A stretch of 64,000 bases of DNA, taken from Promethearchaeota archaeon. Lineage in GTDB: Archaea > Asgardarchaeota > Lokiarchaeia > Sigyniarchaeales > SOKP01. The stretch lies in the NCBI GenBank assembly GCA_030603385.1, contig JAUVXW010000005.1, positions 1 to 64,000 of the forward strand, given 5' to 3'. Position 1 is the stretch's first letter. The number at the start of each line of letters is the position of its first letter. Shown one piece after another: positions 41,752-51,718 of the stretch. The notes under the pieces were generated by a model that was not told the origin of the DNA, made no database searches, and saw only the letters and a list, made by a program, of their open reading frames with translations. The translations under genes were made by a program, and so were the position numbers.

Positions 41752-42270
41752 TTGAGTGATAAAGAAATGAGAGAAGTAAATATTTTTGGTGTACCATGGG
41801 AAGAAATTGTGAATTGGTATTTAGCTCAACCAATATACGGACAAATCCTAGTTTTGGTTGGTTTAGTCGCGCTATTAGCTTTAGCAGTAGTTATCTTATA
41901 TTACGTCATAAAGGGGGTCGCTTATTTAGTATATTATGTTCTTAAGGGAATATATTATCTTTTGAAAGGAATTGGACTGCTTTTTTATAAGATATGTGAA
42001 GGTTTATATTATGCAATTTCAGGAAAGTCAAAGCCTGAACCTGCTTCTGCTCAAGAACAACAAGCACCACCTCAAGTTGAAAAGGAACCAGAGCCAATTA
42101 TTCCTGTTCAAAGAACTTATCAAACAGTACATCCTGAAGTTGCTTTTTGTAGTGAATGTGGTAGTCAATTCTCAGAATCAATGGTTCAAACTTTATCTAG
42201 TAGAGGATTTGTTTATTGTATTCATTGTGGAAATGGTTTTCAAGTAAATTCAATGAAAATTGAATCCTAA
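41752..42270 (+). CDS. Membrane protein with Tyr-rich helical repeats and C-terminal Zn-ribbon
   Basis: TM helix, YYxxKGx repeats, CSEC...CIHC. Confidence 0.7.
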   Translation: MSDKEMREVNIFGVPWEEIVNWYLAQPIYGQILVLVGLVALLALAVVILYYVIKGVAYLVYYVLKGIYYLLKGIGLLFYKICEGLYYAISGKSKPEPASAQEQQAPPQVEKEPEPIIPVQRTYQTVHPEVAFCSECGSQFSESMVQTLSSRGFVYCIHCGNGFQVNSMKIES

Positions 42271-42357
42271 TAATTTTTTTATTTTCCTTTTTTTAAAGTT
42301 CAATAATTGATGAATAAACAAAATATAAAAAATTAAATGAAATATTAATTGTAGAAT

Positions 42358-43251
42358 TCAATTTAGAGCTTTTTCAAATAAGATAACTCCAAAACGATCA
42401 TCTTCAGGATACATAAACCCCATCTTTTTAATGAGATCGACTACATCGGGTTTACAAAATACCTCAAAAAGTTTTGGATCTTCAGATTCACTCTCTTTTT
42501 GAATCGTATATTGAATTAACTCGCGTGCTGCTTTAGGTTTTCCATAAGCGATCATCCACAATTCTTGTTCTGATGGAAGCTCATAATCATGAGATCTTCC
42601 AAATTCGGCTTTTTGTAAAATTGCCTCTTTATTGTATATCCAGGAGCCATGTTCATCAGATATATATTTTAATGGAATATAAGACCAGCCCATACAGACT
42701 TCATCTCCCGGACCGATATTAAATTCCTTAATTAGCTCTCTTACATCCTTTGCAGCAAGTTCTTCAACTTTAGGAGCAATTTTCTCAGGTAATTTTATAT
42801 CATTAGAATTTACCATAACAAGATCCATGCATTTTTTACGTTTAAAACCGTAAAATTTAGCCAAAGAAATTGATGCAAAATTGTCTGATGCTGTATCATA
42901 CTGAGCTATTTTAACCCCTATTTTAGTAGCATATTCTACTGCATGACCCAGCTGTAATTTACCAATACCTCGCCCTTGATAAGAGACTTTAATTCTTCCT
43001 CCTTCTAACCAAGCGATATCCTTATTGTATAACTTAACTCTTCCAAATCCTATTAATTCTGTTTTATCTTCATCTATAAAAGTTCCATAATTCATAGAAT
43101 TTTTATCTTGGAGCCATTCTTGGATAACATAAGGAATATAATCATCTCCTTCCCAAATATCTTTACTAATACCCTTTATAGCTGGTATATCTTCATTCTT
43201 TAATTCTCGAAAGTAAACTTTCATACTAATTCTTTCAAAACAACTAATCAA
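42358..43251 (-). CDS. GNAT family N-acetyltransferase
   Basis: IWEGDDYIP, WLEGGRI, YQGRGIG (motif A), NFASISLA...GF. Likely ATG start at 43224. Confidence 0.85.
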   Translation of the reverse strand: MISCFERISMKVYFRELKNEDIPAIKGISKDIWEGDDYIPYVIQEWLQDKNSMNYGTFIDEDKTELIGFGRVKLYNKDIAWLEGGRIKVSYQGRGIGKLQLGHAVEYATKIGVKIAQYDTASDNFASISLAKFYGFKRKKCMDLVMVNSNDIKLPEKIAPKVEELAAKDVRELIKEFNIGPGDEVCMGWSYIPLKYISDEHGSWIYNKEAILQKAEFGRSHDYELPSEQELWMIAYGKPKAARELIQYTIQKESESEDPKLFEVFCKPDVVDLIKKMGFMYPEDDRFGVILFEKALN

Positions 43252-43410
43252 TGCTTATTATTAATTAAAAGAACACTGTAAAATTTATCATTTTTTAAAT
43301 TTCCTTGAGAATCTTATAATTAACCTTATCAAATAAAGGATTTATAAAAAGATTAAAATATGTGAGTGATAGTTTATATCTCACAACTATTTAAATAAAA
43401 GGTTAAGGAT

Positions 43411-44748
43411 ATGAAGAGTAAAATTTGGAAAATAATATTAGTATTCGTAATAATAATTAATCTTGCTCTTTTTGGGGTATTTTCGATTTCAAGAAACGAT
43501 AGCACTTCTTTACCACAAATTTCTAGTATTGGTGTAGATGGGATTATCACTGAAACTGAGTGGTCAAATGCAGATTGGAATATATCCTTTTATCTAGATG
43601 TTAATAATACAGCAGATTGGAATGGTAAAATTAATGTTGATGGAAACAACACTATGTACCTTGGACAAGATGGAAGTAATCTTTATATAGCACTTGATCT
43701 TTGGTGTGATAGATCTGATAACGGAACTGGAGAATGGGTTGGTGTATGGTTAAATACAAACAACAGGACATTCATTGGATATACAGAATGGATGGATTAT
43801 CTAAATGACGGTGTAGAATCTTTAGTTCATAATGTAGAAACAGACCAACCTTGGGATCCTTTTACTGATTATGTTGCTGCTTATGTTCAATATTTGGAAG
43901 ATGATAGTGCTTATACTTCCACATATGGAGAAACTGAAGGGACTTGGGGTAATTTCCAATATCCTTGGCGTGATGACTTCAATATAACTTCCGAATTAGT
44001 TGGATCAGATCACTTATATAGATTAGATTTTTCAATTGATATAGATGACTGGTTTCCTTATTTTGAAGTGTTTGATGTGCTTCAAGGAATGGAAGTTTGG
44101 GTAGCTACTAAATCAAATATTACTATAGATAATCATGACATCATTTTCTGGAATAATGATGGATCAATGCCCCCAATAACAGATAGTAATCAAGTTAAGC
44201 CCTTAAATACAGGAACTTCCTACCAAACGGATATAATTTTTTATGGGATGGGTAATTTAACTGCTGATCACATATTCAAATTTAGTTTATTTGGTAATCA
44301 TACAAATCCATTCATGATTAATTTAGATATACTGAACTTTAGGGTATTCTTGAATGAGAACAATTGGGCAGGACCTGTTGGAGCTCCTCTTTCATCAATC
44401 AAAAATTACCAGATTGAATGGGGCTTTGGACCAAGCCCAGGTAACTCAACCGATCATCGCATGTTTGAAATTTCAATCCCAAAAAGTGAACTTGAACATT
44501 ATAAGTCTAATAAAGAATTGGGTATTGTCGTAGGGGGTTATGGTACAATGGCAATTACTGGAACAAACTGGTGGTGCTTTGCAAAAATAGACTACGCCAT
44601 TCCATATTTGGAAAGTTCTCAATACAATTATTATGAAATGAAAGCCATTCCTTCCAAGGCAATTCCAGGATTCAATACTATCTTAATATTAGCTACTATA
44701 GGATTAATTTCAATAGTTCTTGTCAAAAAAAAGTTAAAAAAAATTTAG
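43411..44748 (+). CDS. Secreted DOMON/CBM9-like surface protein with PGF-like C-terminal sorting signal
   Basis: Signal peptide, VDGIITETEW, NLYIAL, HRMFEISIPKSEL; tail IPGF + TM + KKKLKK. Confidence 0.75.
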   Translation: MKSKIWKIILVFVIIINLALFGVFSISRNDSTSLPQISSIGVDGIITETEWSNADWNISFYLDVNNTADWNGKINVDGNNTMYLGQDGSNLYIALDLWCDRSDNGTGEWVGVWLNTNNRTFIGYTEWMDYLNDGVESLVHNVETDQPWDPFTDYVAAYVQYLEDDSAYTSTYGETEGTWGNFQYPWRDDFNITSELVGSDHLYRLDFSIDIDDWFPYFEVFDVLQGMEVWVATKSNITIDNHDIIFWNNDGSMPPITDSNQVKPLNTGTSYQTDIIFYGMGNLTADHIFKFSLFGNHTNPFMINLDILNFRVFLNENNWAGPVGAPLSSIKNYQIEWGFGPSPGNSTDHRMFEISIPKSELEHYKSNKELGIVVGGYGTMAITGTNWWCFAKIDYAIPYLESSQYNYYEMKAIPSKAIPGFNTILILATIGLISIVLVKKKLKKI

Positions 44749-45087
44749 TTTTAAAATCTCTTTTTTTTTTCTATTTTAAGATTGTAATTTGATCAAATTG
44801 GAAATTATAATTTAAATGAAATTTATTTAAATGCCATTTTTGTATTTTATTAGATTATAGAATAAGGTTAGGAAAATTCCATCTTACCTATAAACAATCT
44901 CCTTACATCAACCACATTTTTGGAATTTTTTGCCTTTTCTTTCTTATTTTCTTAGCTTTCTACTTATACAAAATTGTAGATTTATCCATAAAATTAAGGA
45001 TAATTATTATTAAATATCCTAATGTCTTACATTATAATTATCGAATTTTTTAATCTATAGGAAGAGTTTTCATGAAAGTGATCAAAA

Positions 45088-46818
45088 ATGACTCAAGAAA
45101 TTACTGAAAAAAGTCCATATTCAGAAAAATTATGGTTGAAATCATATGATAAACATGTTAAGCCTGAAATCCCGTTAGAAGCGTATTCTCTAGCAGAAAT
45201 GATGAGAAGGACGGTTAAAAAGTATTCAGATAGTCTTTGTTATGACTTTCAAGGCTCACGTGCGACATTTCAAGAAGCAGAAAAGTATATTATTAGTTTT
45301 GCTAACTTCCTTTTTAAAAATGGAGTAAAAAAGGGAGATCGCGTTGTAATAAATTTACCTAATATACCTCAATTTATTATCTCATTATTTGGAACTTTTT
45401 ATGCTGGATGTGCTGCTTCAGGAATGAACTTTCTTCTACAACCAAATGAAATATTTTACCAATTAAAAGATTGTGGAGCAGTAGTAATTATTACTCTTGA
45501 TTCTTTTTATGAAGAAAAGGTTAGAAAAGCTATTACAACGGGAGAAACTGATGTAAAAATTGTTATTACGACGAATGTAACAGATGTCTTAGATATAGAA
45601 CCAAGCATGAAAGAACAATTAATTAAAATTGGGAAAGTTCCTTCAGGGAAAGTTGAACCAATAGAGAATATCAAATTTTCAACTTTTAATGAGATTTTAG
45701 AAAAATACACCGGTGATAAATCTCCAGACGTGAAAATTGAACCTGATGATGTTTTATTACTTCAATATACTGGTGGAACGACAGGTCCTCCTAAAGGTGC
45801 TATTTTAACTCACAGAAATTTAATATCTATTATTCAAATTGTTAATCATTGGTTTGAACCTGCTCTTAATCCAGGAAATGACGTTTATATCTCCGGTTTT
45901 CCCTTCTTTCATTTAGCAGGATTACAATTTTGCTTGCAAACAGTAAGTCAAGGGTGCATGCAAATTCTGGTTCCAGATCCTAGAGATACAAACTATATGG
46001 CAGGGAAAATGAAAGAATATGAAGGGAATATCTCGTTACTCTATAATGTTCCAACGCTTTATATGATGCTTGTTAAGAACCGAAGATTCAAAAAATTAGA
46101 CCTGAATTCAGTTAAAGGCTATATATCCGGAGCTGCACCCTTTCCAACAGAAAATATAAATGAATTTGAAAATGTAGTTGGAAAAGAAAAAGTAGTCGAA
46201 GCTTATGGGATGACTGAAGCATCTCCAGGAGTTACGATGAATCCATATTTAGGAAAGAAGAAAATTGGAACTGTTGGTGTTCCCTTTCCGAATACAGAAG
46301 TGAAATTAGTGGATGTGTCTGATAGAACTCGTGAAGTTCCCTTAGGAGAACCTGGGGAGATAGCAATAAGAGGCCCTCAAATTTTTAAAGGATATTGGAA
46401 TAAACCTCAAGAAACGGAGAATGCTTTAGTAGAGGGATGGTTCTATAGTGGAGATGTTGGGGTGATGGATGAGGATGGCTATATTACTATTGTCGATAGG
46501 ACAAAGGATATGATTATCGTTTCGGGATATAAAGTCTTTAGCGTAGAGGTTGACGATAAAATGAATAATCATCCAGCAATCGAGCTATGTTCATCTGTAG
46601 GGCTTCCAGATCCAGATAGACCCGGTTCTGAAATAGTTAAATTATATATATTATTGAAAGAGGGATTTGAAGCTTCTGAAGAGATAAAAGCAGATATATT
46701 TAAATACGCTCAAGAAAATTTAGCTAAATATAAAGTGCCAAAAATCATCGAAATACTAAAAGAATTACCACTAACTACAATAGGTAAAGTAGATAAAAAA
46801 GTACTAAGAAAAATGTAG
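45088..46818 (+). CDS. Long-chain-fatty-acid--CoA ligase (FadD-like)
   Basis: QYTGGTTGPPKG, EAYGMTE, WFYSGD, DRTKDMI, TIGKVDKK. Confidence 0.92.
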   Translation: MTQEITEKSPYSEKLWLKSYDKHVKPEIPLEAYSLAEMMRRTVKKYSDSLCYDFQGSRATFQEAEKYIISFANFLFKNGVKKGDRVVINLPNIPQFIISLFGTFYAGCAASGMNFLLQPNEIFYQLKDCGAVVIITLDSFYEEKVRKAITTGETDVKIVITTNVTDVLDIEPSMKEQLIKIGKVPSGKVEPIENIKFSTFNEILEKYTGDKSPDVKIEPDDVLLLQYTGGTTGPPKGAILTHRNLISIIQIVNHWFEPALNPGNDVYISGFPFFHLAGLQFCLQTVSQGCMQILVPDPRDTNYMAGKMKEYEGNISLLYNVPTLYMMLVKNRRFKKLDLNSVKGYISGAAPFPTENINEFENVVGKEKVVEAYGMTEASPGVTMNPYLGKKKIGTVGVPFPNTEVKLVDVSDRTREVPLGEPGEIAIRGPQIFKGYWNKPQETENALVEGWFYSGDVGVMDEDGYITIVDRTKDMIIVSGYKVFSVEVDDKMNNHPAIELCSSVGLPDPDRPGSEIVKLYILLKEGFEASEEIKADIFKYAQENLAKYKVPKIIEILKELPLTTIGKVDKKVLRKM

Positions 46819-46854
46819 CTTAATCTTTATTATATTTTCTTTTTTACATAATTC

Positions 46855-47433
46855 TTAAATCTTTCTGAAGTTCTTTCTATAAAGATTATAATACAGGTAG
46901 AGTGCAATTAAGTAGTGAATTAAAATACAGACAATAAATCCTAACGTGTAGAATAGATAACCAAGATATAACCCTAATAATAATGTGTAGCTAAGATTTA
47001 TTAGCAGAATTGCTTGGCTTTTATAAGAAAACCATGTATGAATATGGTAAAGTGAGAATGCTATACTTGATATTAAAATGCTTAAGATTATCTTTAACTG
47101 TAATGTTGTAGCTAGAAAACTTATTAAGTAATACCTAAAAATTAATTCCTCCATTATCATAGTAACTGGAAAGAAGATCCATAAAACAATTCTATTGTTA
47201 TTTATGAAAGCATTGATAACATCATGCCTTCTCATTATTTCAATATCATAATTATTAAAGCCAAAAAAATTAATAATCTTACCGATGAATAGAAGCAGAG
47301 AAAAGCCCAGAATTAATAATAGAATTGTATATAAATCAGCATCTCTAACTATAAAGTTTTCGGTGTAAACACCAAATAATATTGGAATTATTAAAACAAC
47401 GGATATAATACTAATAACTGTAGACTTTTTCAT
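46855..47433 (-). CDS. CPBP (CAAX/Abi) intramembrane metalloprotease
   Basis: MEELIFR, FSLYH, ILIHY; hydrophobic. Confidence 0.85.
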   Translation of the reverse strand: MKKSTVISIISVVLIIPILFGVYTENFIVRDADLYTILLLILGFSLLLFIGKIINFFGFNNYDIEIMRRHDVINAFINNNRIVLWIFFPVTMIMEELIFRYYLISFLATTLQLKIILSILISSIAFSLYHIHTWFSYKSQAILLINLSYTLLLGLYLGYLFYTLGFIVCILIHYLIALYLYYNLYRKNFRKI

Positions 47434-47463
47434 ATAACTGACATTACAATATTATAAACAAGT

Positions 47464-47748
47464 TTATTCAACAAAATCTTTTTTTGATCCCATCAATGTG
47501 GTTGTTTCTTCAATCCACATCGATAACTCTTTATCAACTCTACAAAAAGTTACTATTTTATCTATATCTTTAAGTTTAGAAAAAGAACACTCAATAATAA
47601 CATCCCATCCTCCGTAAATTGGAGTTACATATGTTATTTTCCAATCTTCATCAGATTCTGTGGATTTTAAGTCTGTAAGTTTTCTAACAACGTCCCATTC
47701 AGTTCCAATTACTCTCAGTCTTATTAAAATATATCCCCTATAATACAT
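47464..47748 (-). CDS. Stand-alone Lrp/AsnC ligand-binding (RAM)-like domain protein
   Basis: GYILI...GTEWDVV...IYGGWDVII...IEETTTL pattern. Confidence 0.65.
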   Translation of the reverse strand: MYYRGYILIRLRVIGTEWDVVRKLTDLKSTESDEDWKITYVTPIYGGWDVIIECSFSKLKDIDKIVTFCRVDKELSMWIEETTTLMGSKKDFVE

Positions 47749-47875
47749 CGCTAACTTCTATCTTTCTAATTTTCAATCCTATAAATTTCTAACGATTCTT
47801 TAAAATTCATTAATTTTAAGTAGTTTATCTATTCTATTATATTATTTTATAATTACTAATTATGGTATTAAAACG

Positions 47876-49402
47876 ATGTTAGATGTATATCAAAAATTAG
47901 AAAAAATTGTGTTAAAACAATTTATTTCTAATGATCTTTATGTACGCCACGCTTATTCCCGAAATGTAGACGTCGCATTACAGGGAGTTCCTGATATTGT
48001 AATACGACCAAGAGATGCAAAGGAAATCTCAGAAATTCTTAAGATTGCCAATACAGAAAATATTGCCGTAATTCCACGAGGTGCTGGAATTTGCGAGTTT
48101 GGAGGAAGCAAGCCCATTGGAGATAACGGGATTGTGCTGGATTTGAAAAGAATGAACAATATCTTAAGTTTGGATGAAGAAAACCTAATTGTTACTGTCG
48201 AAGCAGGGATTTCTTGGGCTAAACTAAATGAGTATCTTTGTCATTATGGCTTATATACTGGATGTATGGGGCCTGGATCTGGAATGTCTGCATCAATTGG
48301 AGGTGGTATCTCCCATCACTCGGTAGGAGGAGGTGGGTGTGCTAAATATGGCGCATGTACAAATCAATTAGTCTCTTTAGAAGTCGTTTTACCTACTGGA
48401 GATATTATTGAAACAGGATCTCAGGCTAATCGCTACTCAAAACAGCCATTTAATAGGTTTGGTAATGGACCTGATTTAGCTGGGCTTTTTTGTGGTGATA
48501 ACGGAATCTTTGGTGTAAAAACAAAAGTATCACTACAGATTTTTCCAAGACCAGAATTTGCTGCTTATAAGACATTTCAACTACCACGGAAGGAACGAGA
48601 AGTTTCAGCTAAAATAATGTCAGAAGTAAGGCGAAAAGGAATCGATGTATATGATTTAATGTATATTATGGATCTACTGGTAAGAGTGGGGACTCAAGAA
48701 GGCTACATGCCAATGTGGGAACATTTGAAGAAAAAAAGAGGTGTTATTTTTTATACTGTTGAAGCTAATTCGGAAGTAGAATTGAATGAGAAAGTTAAGC
48801 AATTAGATGAAATTATGTTGAATAATAAAACCGAATTGTTAGGAGCTGAAATTTCTGATGGAAATATTGCTAAATGGCATTATGTAGAGCAAGGGCATTG
48901 GCAGTTTTATCATAATTTATGGGGGATGTATCCTTCAATGCAAGCTCTAACAGCAGAATGCTTTGCTCCGATCCATAGATATCCTTCAATATTAAATGAT
49001 ATTGACCAATGGGATATGGAACACGCAGAAGATATGCAGAAAATATCAGAGATTACTAAAATTCGCCCAATAGCTGGAAGTGGTCCTATCTTATTAATTG
49101 ATGGAAATAATGTTGAGATTACATGTGGATTTACCAGTTTTTGGGCATTTTATAACGGAAAAGTTCATAAAACTATTGAAGAAACTAATATTAAACTATG
49201 GAAGTCATTACTAGAAAGAGTTACAAAACAAGGAGTCCAATGGTATATGATGGGAGACTTTATGTCCCGTTTAATGGTAGATATTAATGCTTACTCTGAG
49301 GAATATTATAATTTAATGAAACCCATTAAAGAAATTATAGATCCAAAAATGATATTGAGTCGAGGGAAATTCAATTTTTGGGGGGATGGTAAACGTGTCT
49401 AA
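47876..49402 (+). CDS. FAD-binding oxidoreductase (GlcD / alkyl-DHAP-synthase-like)
   Basis: PDIVIRP, PRGAG, DLKRMNNI, LEVVLPTG, GPDLAGLFCGDNGIFGV, DPKMILSRGK. Confidence 0.9.
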   Translation: MLDVYQKLEKIVLKQFISNDLYVRHAYSRNVDVALQGVPDIVIRPRDAKEISEILKIANTENIAVIPRGAGICEFGGSKPIGDNGIVLDLKRMNNILSLDEENLIVTVEAGISWAKLNEYLCHYGLYTGCMGPGSGMSASIGGGISHHSVGGGGCAKYGACTNQLVSLEVVLPTGDIIETGSQANRYSKQPFNRFGNGPDLAGLFCGDNGIFGVKTKVSLQIFPRPEFAAYKTFQLPRKEREVSAKIMSEVRRKGIDVYDLMYIMDLLVRVGTQEGYMPMWEHLKKKRGVIFYTVEANSEVELNEKVKQLDEIMLNNKTELLGAEISDGNIAKWHYVEQGHWQFYHNLWGMYPSMQALTAECFAPIHRYPSILNDIDQWDMEHAEDMQKISEITKIRPIAGSGPILLIDGNNVEITCGFTSFWAFYNGKVHKTIEETNIKLWKSLLERVTKQGVQWYMMGDFMSRLMVDINAYSEEYYNLMKPIKEIIDPKMILSRGKFNFWGDGKRV

Positions 49403-50630
49403 ATTAGAAAATTTGAAAAAGGAATGGAAGGCAATATTTTCCTGCATGAATTGCGGTGATTGCGGATATGCAATTAGATCCGTAGTTGGAAGGTATTTAA
49501 CTTGTCCAGTGAAAGAAGCAAAGGGAGAAGAAGGGTTTGAAATTGACTTCTCTAGGGGACGAATGAATGTTCTTAAAAGTCTTTTAGAAGAAAAGATTCC
49601 TTTAAGTAAAATACTCGCGGATTGGGTATATCAATGCTCAGAATGTGGGAATTGTACTGAAGTCTGCCATATGTCGCATAATGAAAATCTTATTTTGCCA
49701 ACATGCAATTGGATTGACCATGTTAAAGTATGGGATGCCTTAAGAAAAGACTTAGTGAAAGCGGGATTTGCCCCACTTGATAGGCACAGAGATTTGATTA
49801 ATTATATGAACGATGACTCTATGAAAAATCCTTACGGTGAGAATATGGTAAAAAAGTTCGCATGGGCTTCAGAATTTCCAAACATAAAAGAGAAAGGGGA
49901 ATTAGTCTTCTTTGCCGGGTGTACTATGCCTTTAAGACAACAAGAAACATTGAAAAATATGATGAAAATTCTTATTGCTGCAGGAATGGAAATTGCCTTA
50001 TCGAAAGAAGAATGGTGTTGTGGTTCAATTGGGATCCGTATAGGCGAATATGAATCGGTAGAAGAACTCATGAGGCACAATATTGACATATTTAAGAATA
50101 TGGGAGCTAAAACAGTATTTACAGCATGTGCTGGCTGCTATAGAACTTTAAAAAAAGATTATCCTGAAATGCTTGGAGAAAAATTACCATTTGAAGTTAA
50201 ACATATTACAGAGGTTTTAGTTGAACTACTTAATAATGATCAAGTTCCATTTAAACCTGAAGTGGGGGAGAAATTAAGAGTTTCATATCATGATCCTTGC
50301 CATTTAGGACGACACATGGATTTATACGAAATACCGAGAGAAGTGGTTACTAAAATCCCTGGTGTTGAATTAATTGAAATGAAAAGAAATCGGAAACATG
50401 CTTGGTGCTGTGGAGCAGGAGGAGGGGTTAAAAGTCAATTTCCGGATTTGGCAATAGATATATCAAAGGAAAGAATTGGAGAAGCTTTAGAATCTGGAGC
50501 AGAGATATTAACAACTAGTTGTCCTTTTTGTATAGGAAATTTGCAGGATGCATATAATGAAATGGGTCAAGAAGTTAAGGAAAAAATATTATTAGTAGAT
50601 ATTATTGATTTAATCGCTTCTAAAATATAA
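49386..50630 (+). CDS. (Fe-S)-binding HdrD/GlpC-like protein
   Basis: CMNCGDC, CSECGNCTEVC, EWCCG, YHDPCHLGR, CCGAGGG, CPFC; overlaps the upstream gene by 17 bp. Confidence 0.9.
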   Translation: MVNVSKLENLKKEWKAIFSCMNCGDCGYAIRSVVGRYLTCPVKEAKGEEGFEIDFSRGRMNVLKSLLEEKIPLSKILADWVYQCSECGNCTEVCHMSHNENLILPTCNWIDHVKVWDALRKDLVKAGFAPLDRHRDLINYMNDDSMKNPYGENMVKKFAWASEFPNIKEKGELVFFAGCTMPLRQQETLKNMMKILIAAGMEIALSKEEWCCGSIGIRIGEYESVEELMRHNIDIFKNMGAKTVFTACAGCYRTLKKDYPEMLGEKLPFEVKHITEVLVELLNNDQVPFKPEVGEKLRVSYHDPCHLGRHMDLYEIPREVVTKIPGVELIEMKRNRKHAWCCGAGGGVKSQFPDLAIDISKERIGEALESGAEILTTSCPFCIGNLQDAYNEMGQEVKEKILLVDIIDLIASKI

Positions 50631-50772
50631 ATTAATATAATAATTATCTGAAAATAAGGCTTTTTCCTTTTTATATAATCAAATTTAAATATTTTTTCTT
50701 TTATTTGATATTAAAAAAACTCCTTATATTTATTTGAGAAAATAAATTTTACGATTAGTTTGAGGTTATAAA

Positions 50773-51681
50773 ATGGCTACTATGAAGGTGTGTTTTATTG
50801 GAAAGCCCTCGATGGGGAAATCTACCATTAAAAAGGTTATCTTTGAAGGAGAGGATCCGAGTGAATTAGTTCTTAGCCCTCTTGAAGCAACAATTGGAAT
50901 TAAGTATTCTATACATGAATTTATGGATTCAAAAGTTAGTTTAATTGACGCTCCTGGTCAATCACTACCGATCATATTAGAGGATGAACAAAAACAGATA
51001 CTAACGTTTGGCGACACAAGCGCAATCATATATATATTCGATTATCCAACATGGATATCGGATTCTCAAGACATCATTGACGATGTTAGAAAAATCTATG
51101 AAATCAATAAAAAACATGATTTTGGCGCGAAAATTATATTATTTCTACATAAAATTGATCTTATAATTAAGAAAAAGATCGGTACTCTACTCTCCTTTAT
51201 AAGGCGGCAGATAATCAAACAATTAAATCTTCCAGAAGAAATTCCGGTTTATTTTACCAGTTTACATCCAAACTTAATATATACTACTTACAATGCAATT
51301 TCGAATACAATTAGTGATTTCTCTGAAAACACCTCATCTTTAAAGGAAAGTATCAAGAATCTTTTAAAAAATTCATCAAAAACAAGCTGTTTTGTAACTA
51401 ATCGAGACGATTACCTTGTAATTCAAGAAATATCAAATGATTTTGATGCTAACATTTTGTATTATTTATATGAGGAAGTTTATAATATTAGCAAGTCTCC
51501 TGAAATAATTTCAACAAAAAGCAATGTAGTAAGCTTGGGTCCGAAATTGTTTAATAGGGTAATAGGTAGTATAATTAACCATAATTCTAATTTTAAAAAT
51601 ATTGTACTATTTTCTGAAACTTTAGAGAAAGAGGATATGATAAAGATATTAGATGAATTAAAGAAGGATTTAAATCAATAA
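50773..51681 (+). CDS. Rag/Gtr-type small GTPase with C-terminal roadblock-like domain
   Basis: G1 GKPSMGKS, G2 EATIG, G3 DAPGQ, Rag-type G4 FLHKID, G5 TSL; alpha/beta C-domain. Confidence 0.8.
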   Translation: MATMKVCFIGKPSMGKSTIKKVIFEGEDPSELVLSPLEATIGIKYSIHEFMDSKVSLIDAPGQSLPIILEDEQKQILTFGDTSAIIYIFDYPTWISDSQDIIDDVRKIYEINKKHDFGAKIILFLHKIDLIIKKKIGTLLSFIRRQIIKQLNLPEEIPVYFTSLHPNLIYTTYNAISNTISDFSENTSSLKESIKNLLKNSSKTSCFVTNRDDYLVIQEISNDFDANILYYLYEEVYNISKSPEIISTKSNVVSLGPKLFNRVIGSIINHNSNFKNIVLFSETLEKEDMIKILDELKKDLNQ

Positions 51682-51718
51682 TTTTAAACGTACATAATAG
51701 AATAACAAGATTCATAAC

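Noticed and set aside
43361-43385. TGTGA...TCACA operator-like palindrome upstream of the DOMON-like gene
   Set aside because: Imperfect, atypical spacing and a single occurrence; not enough support.
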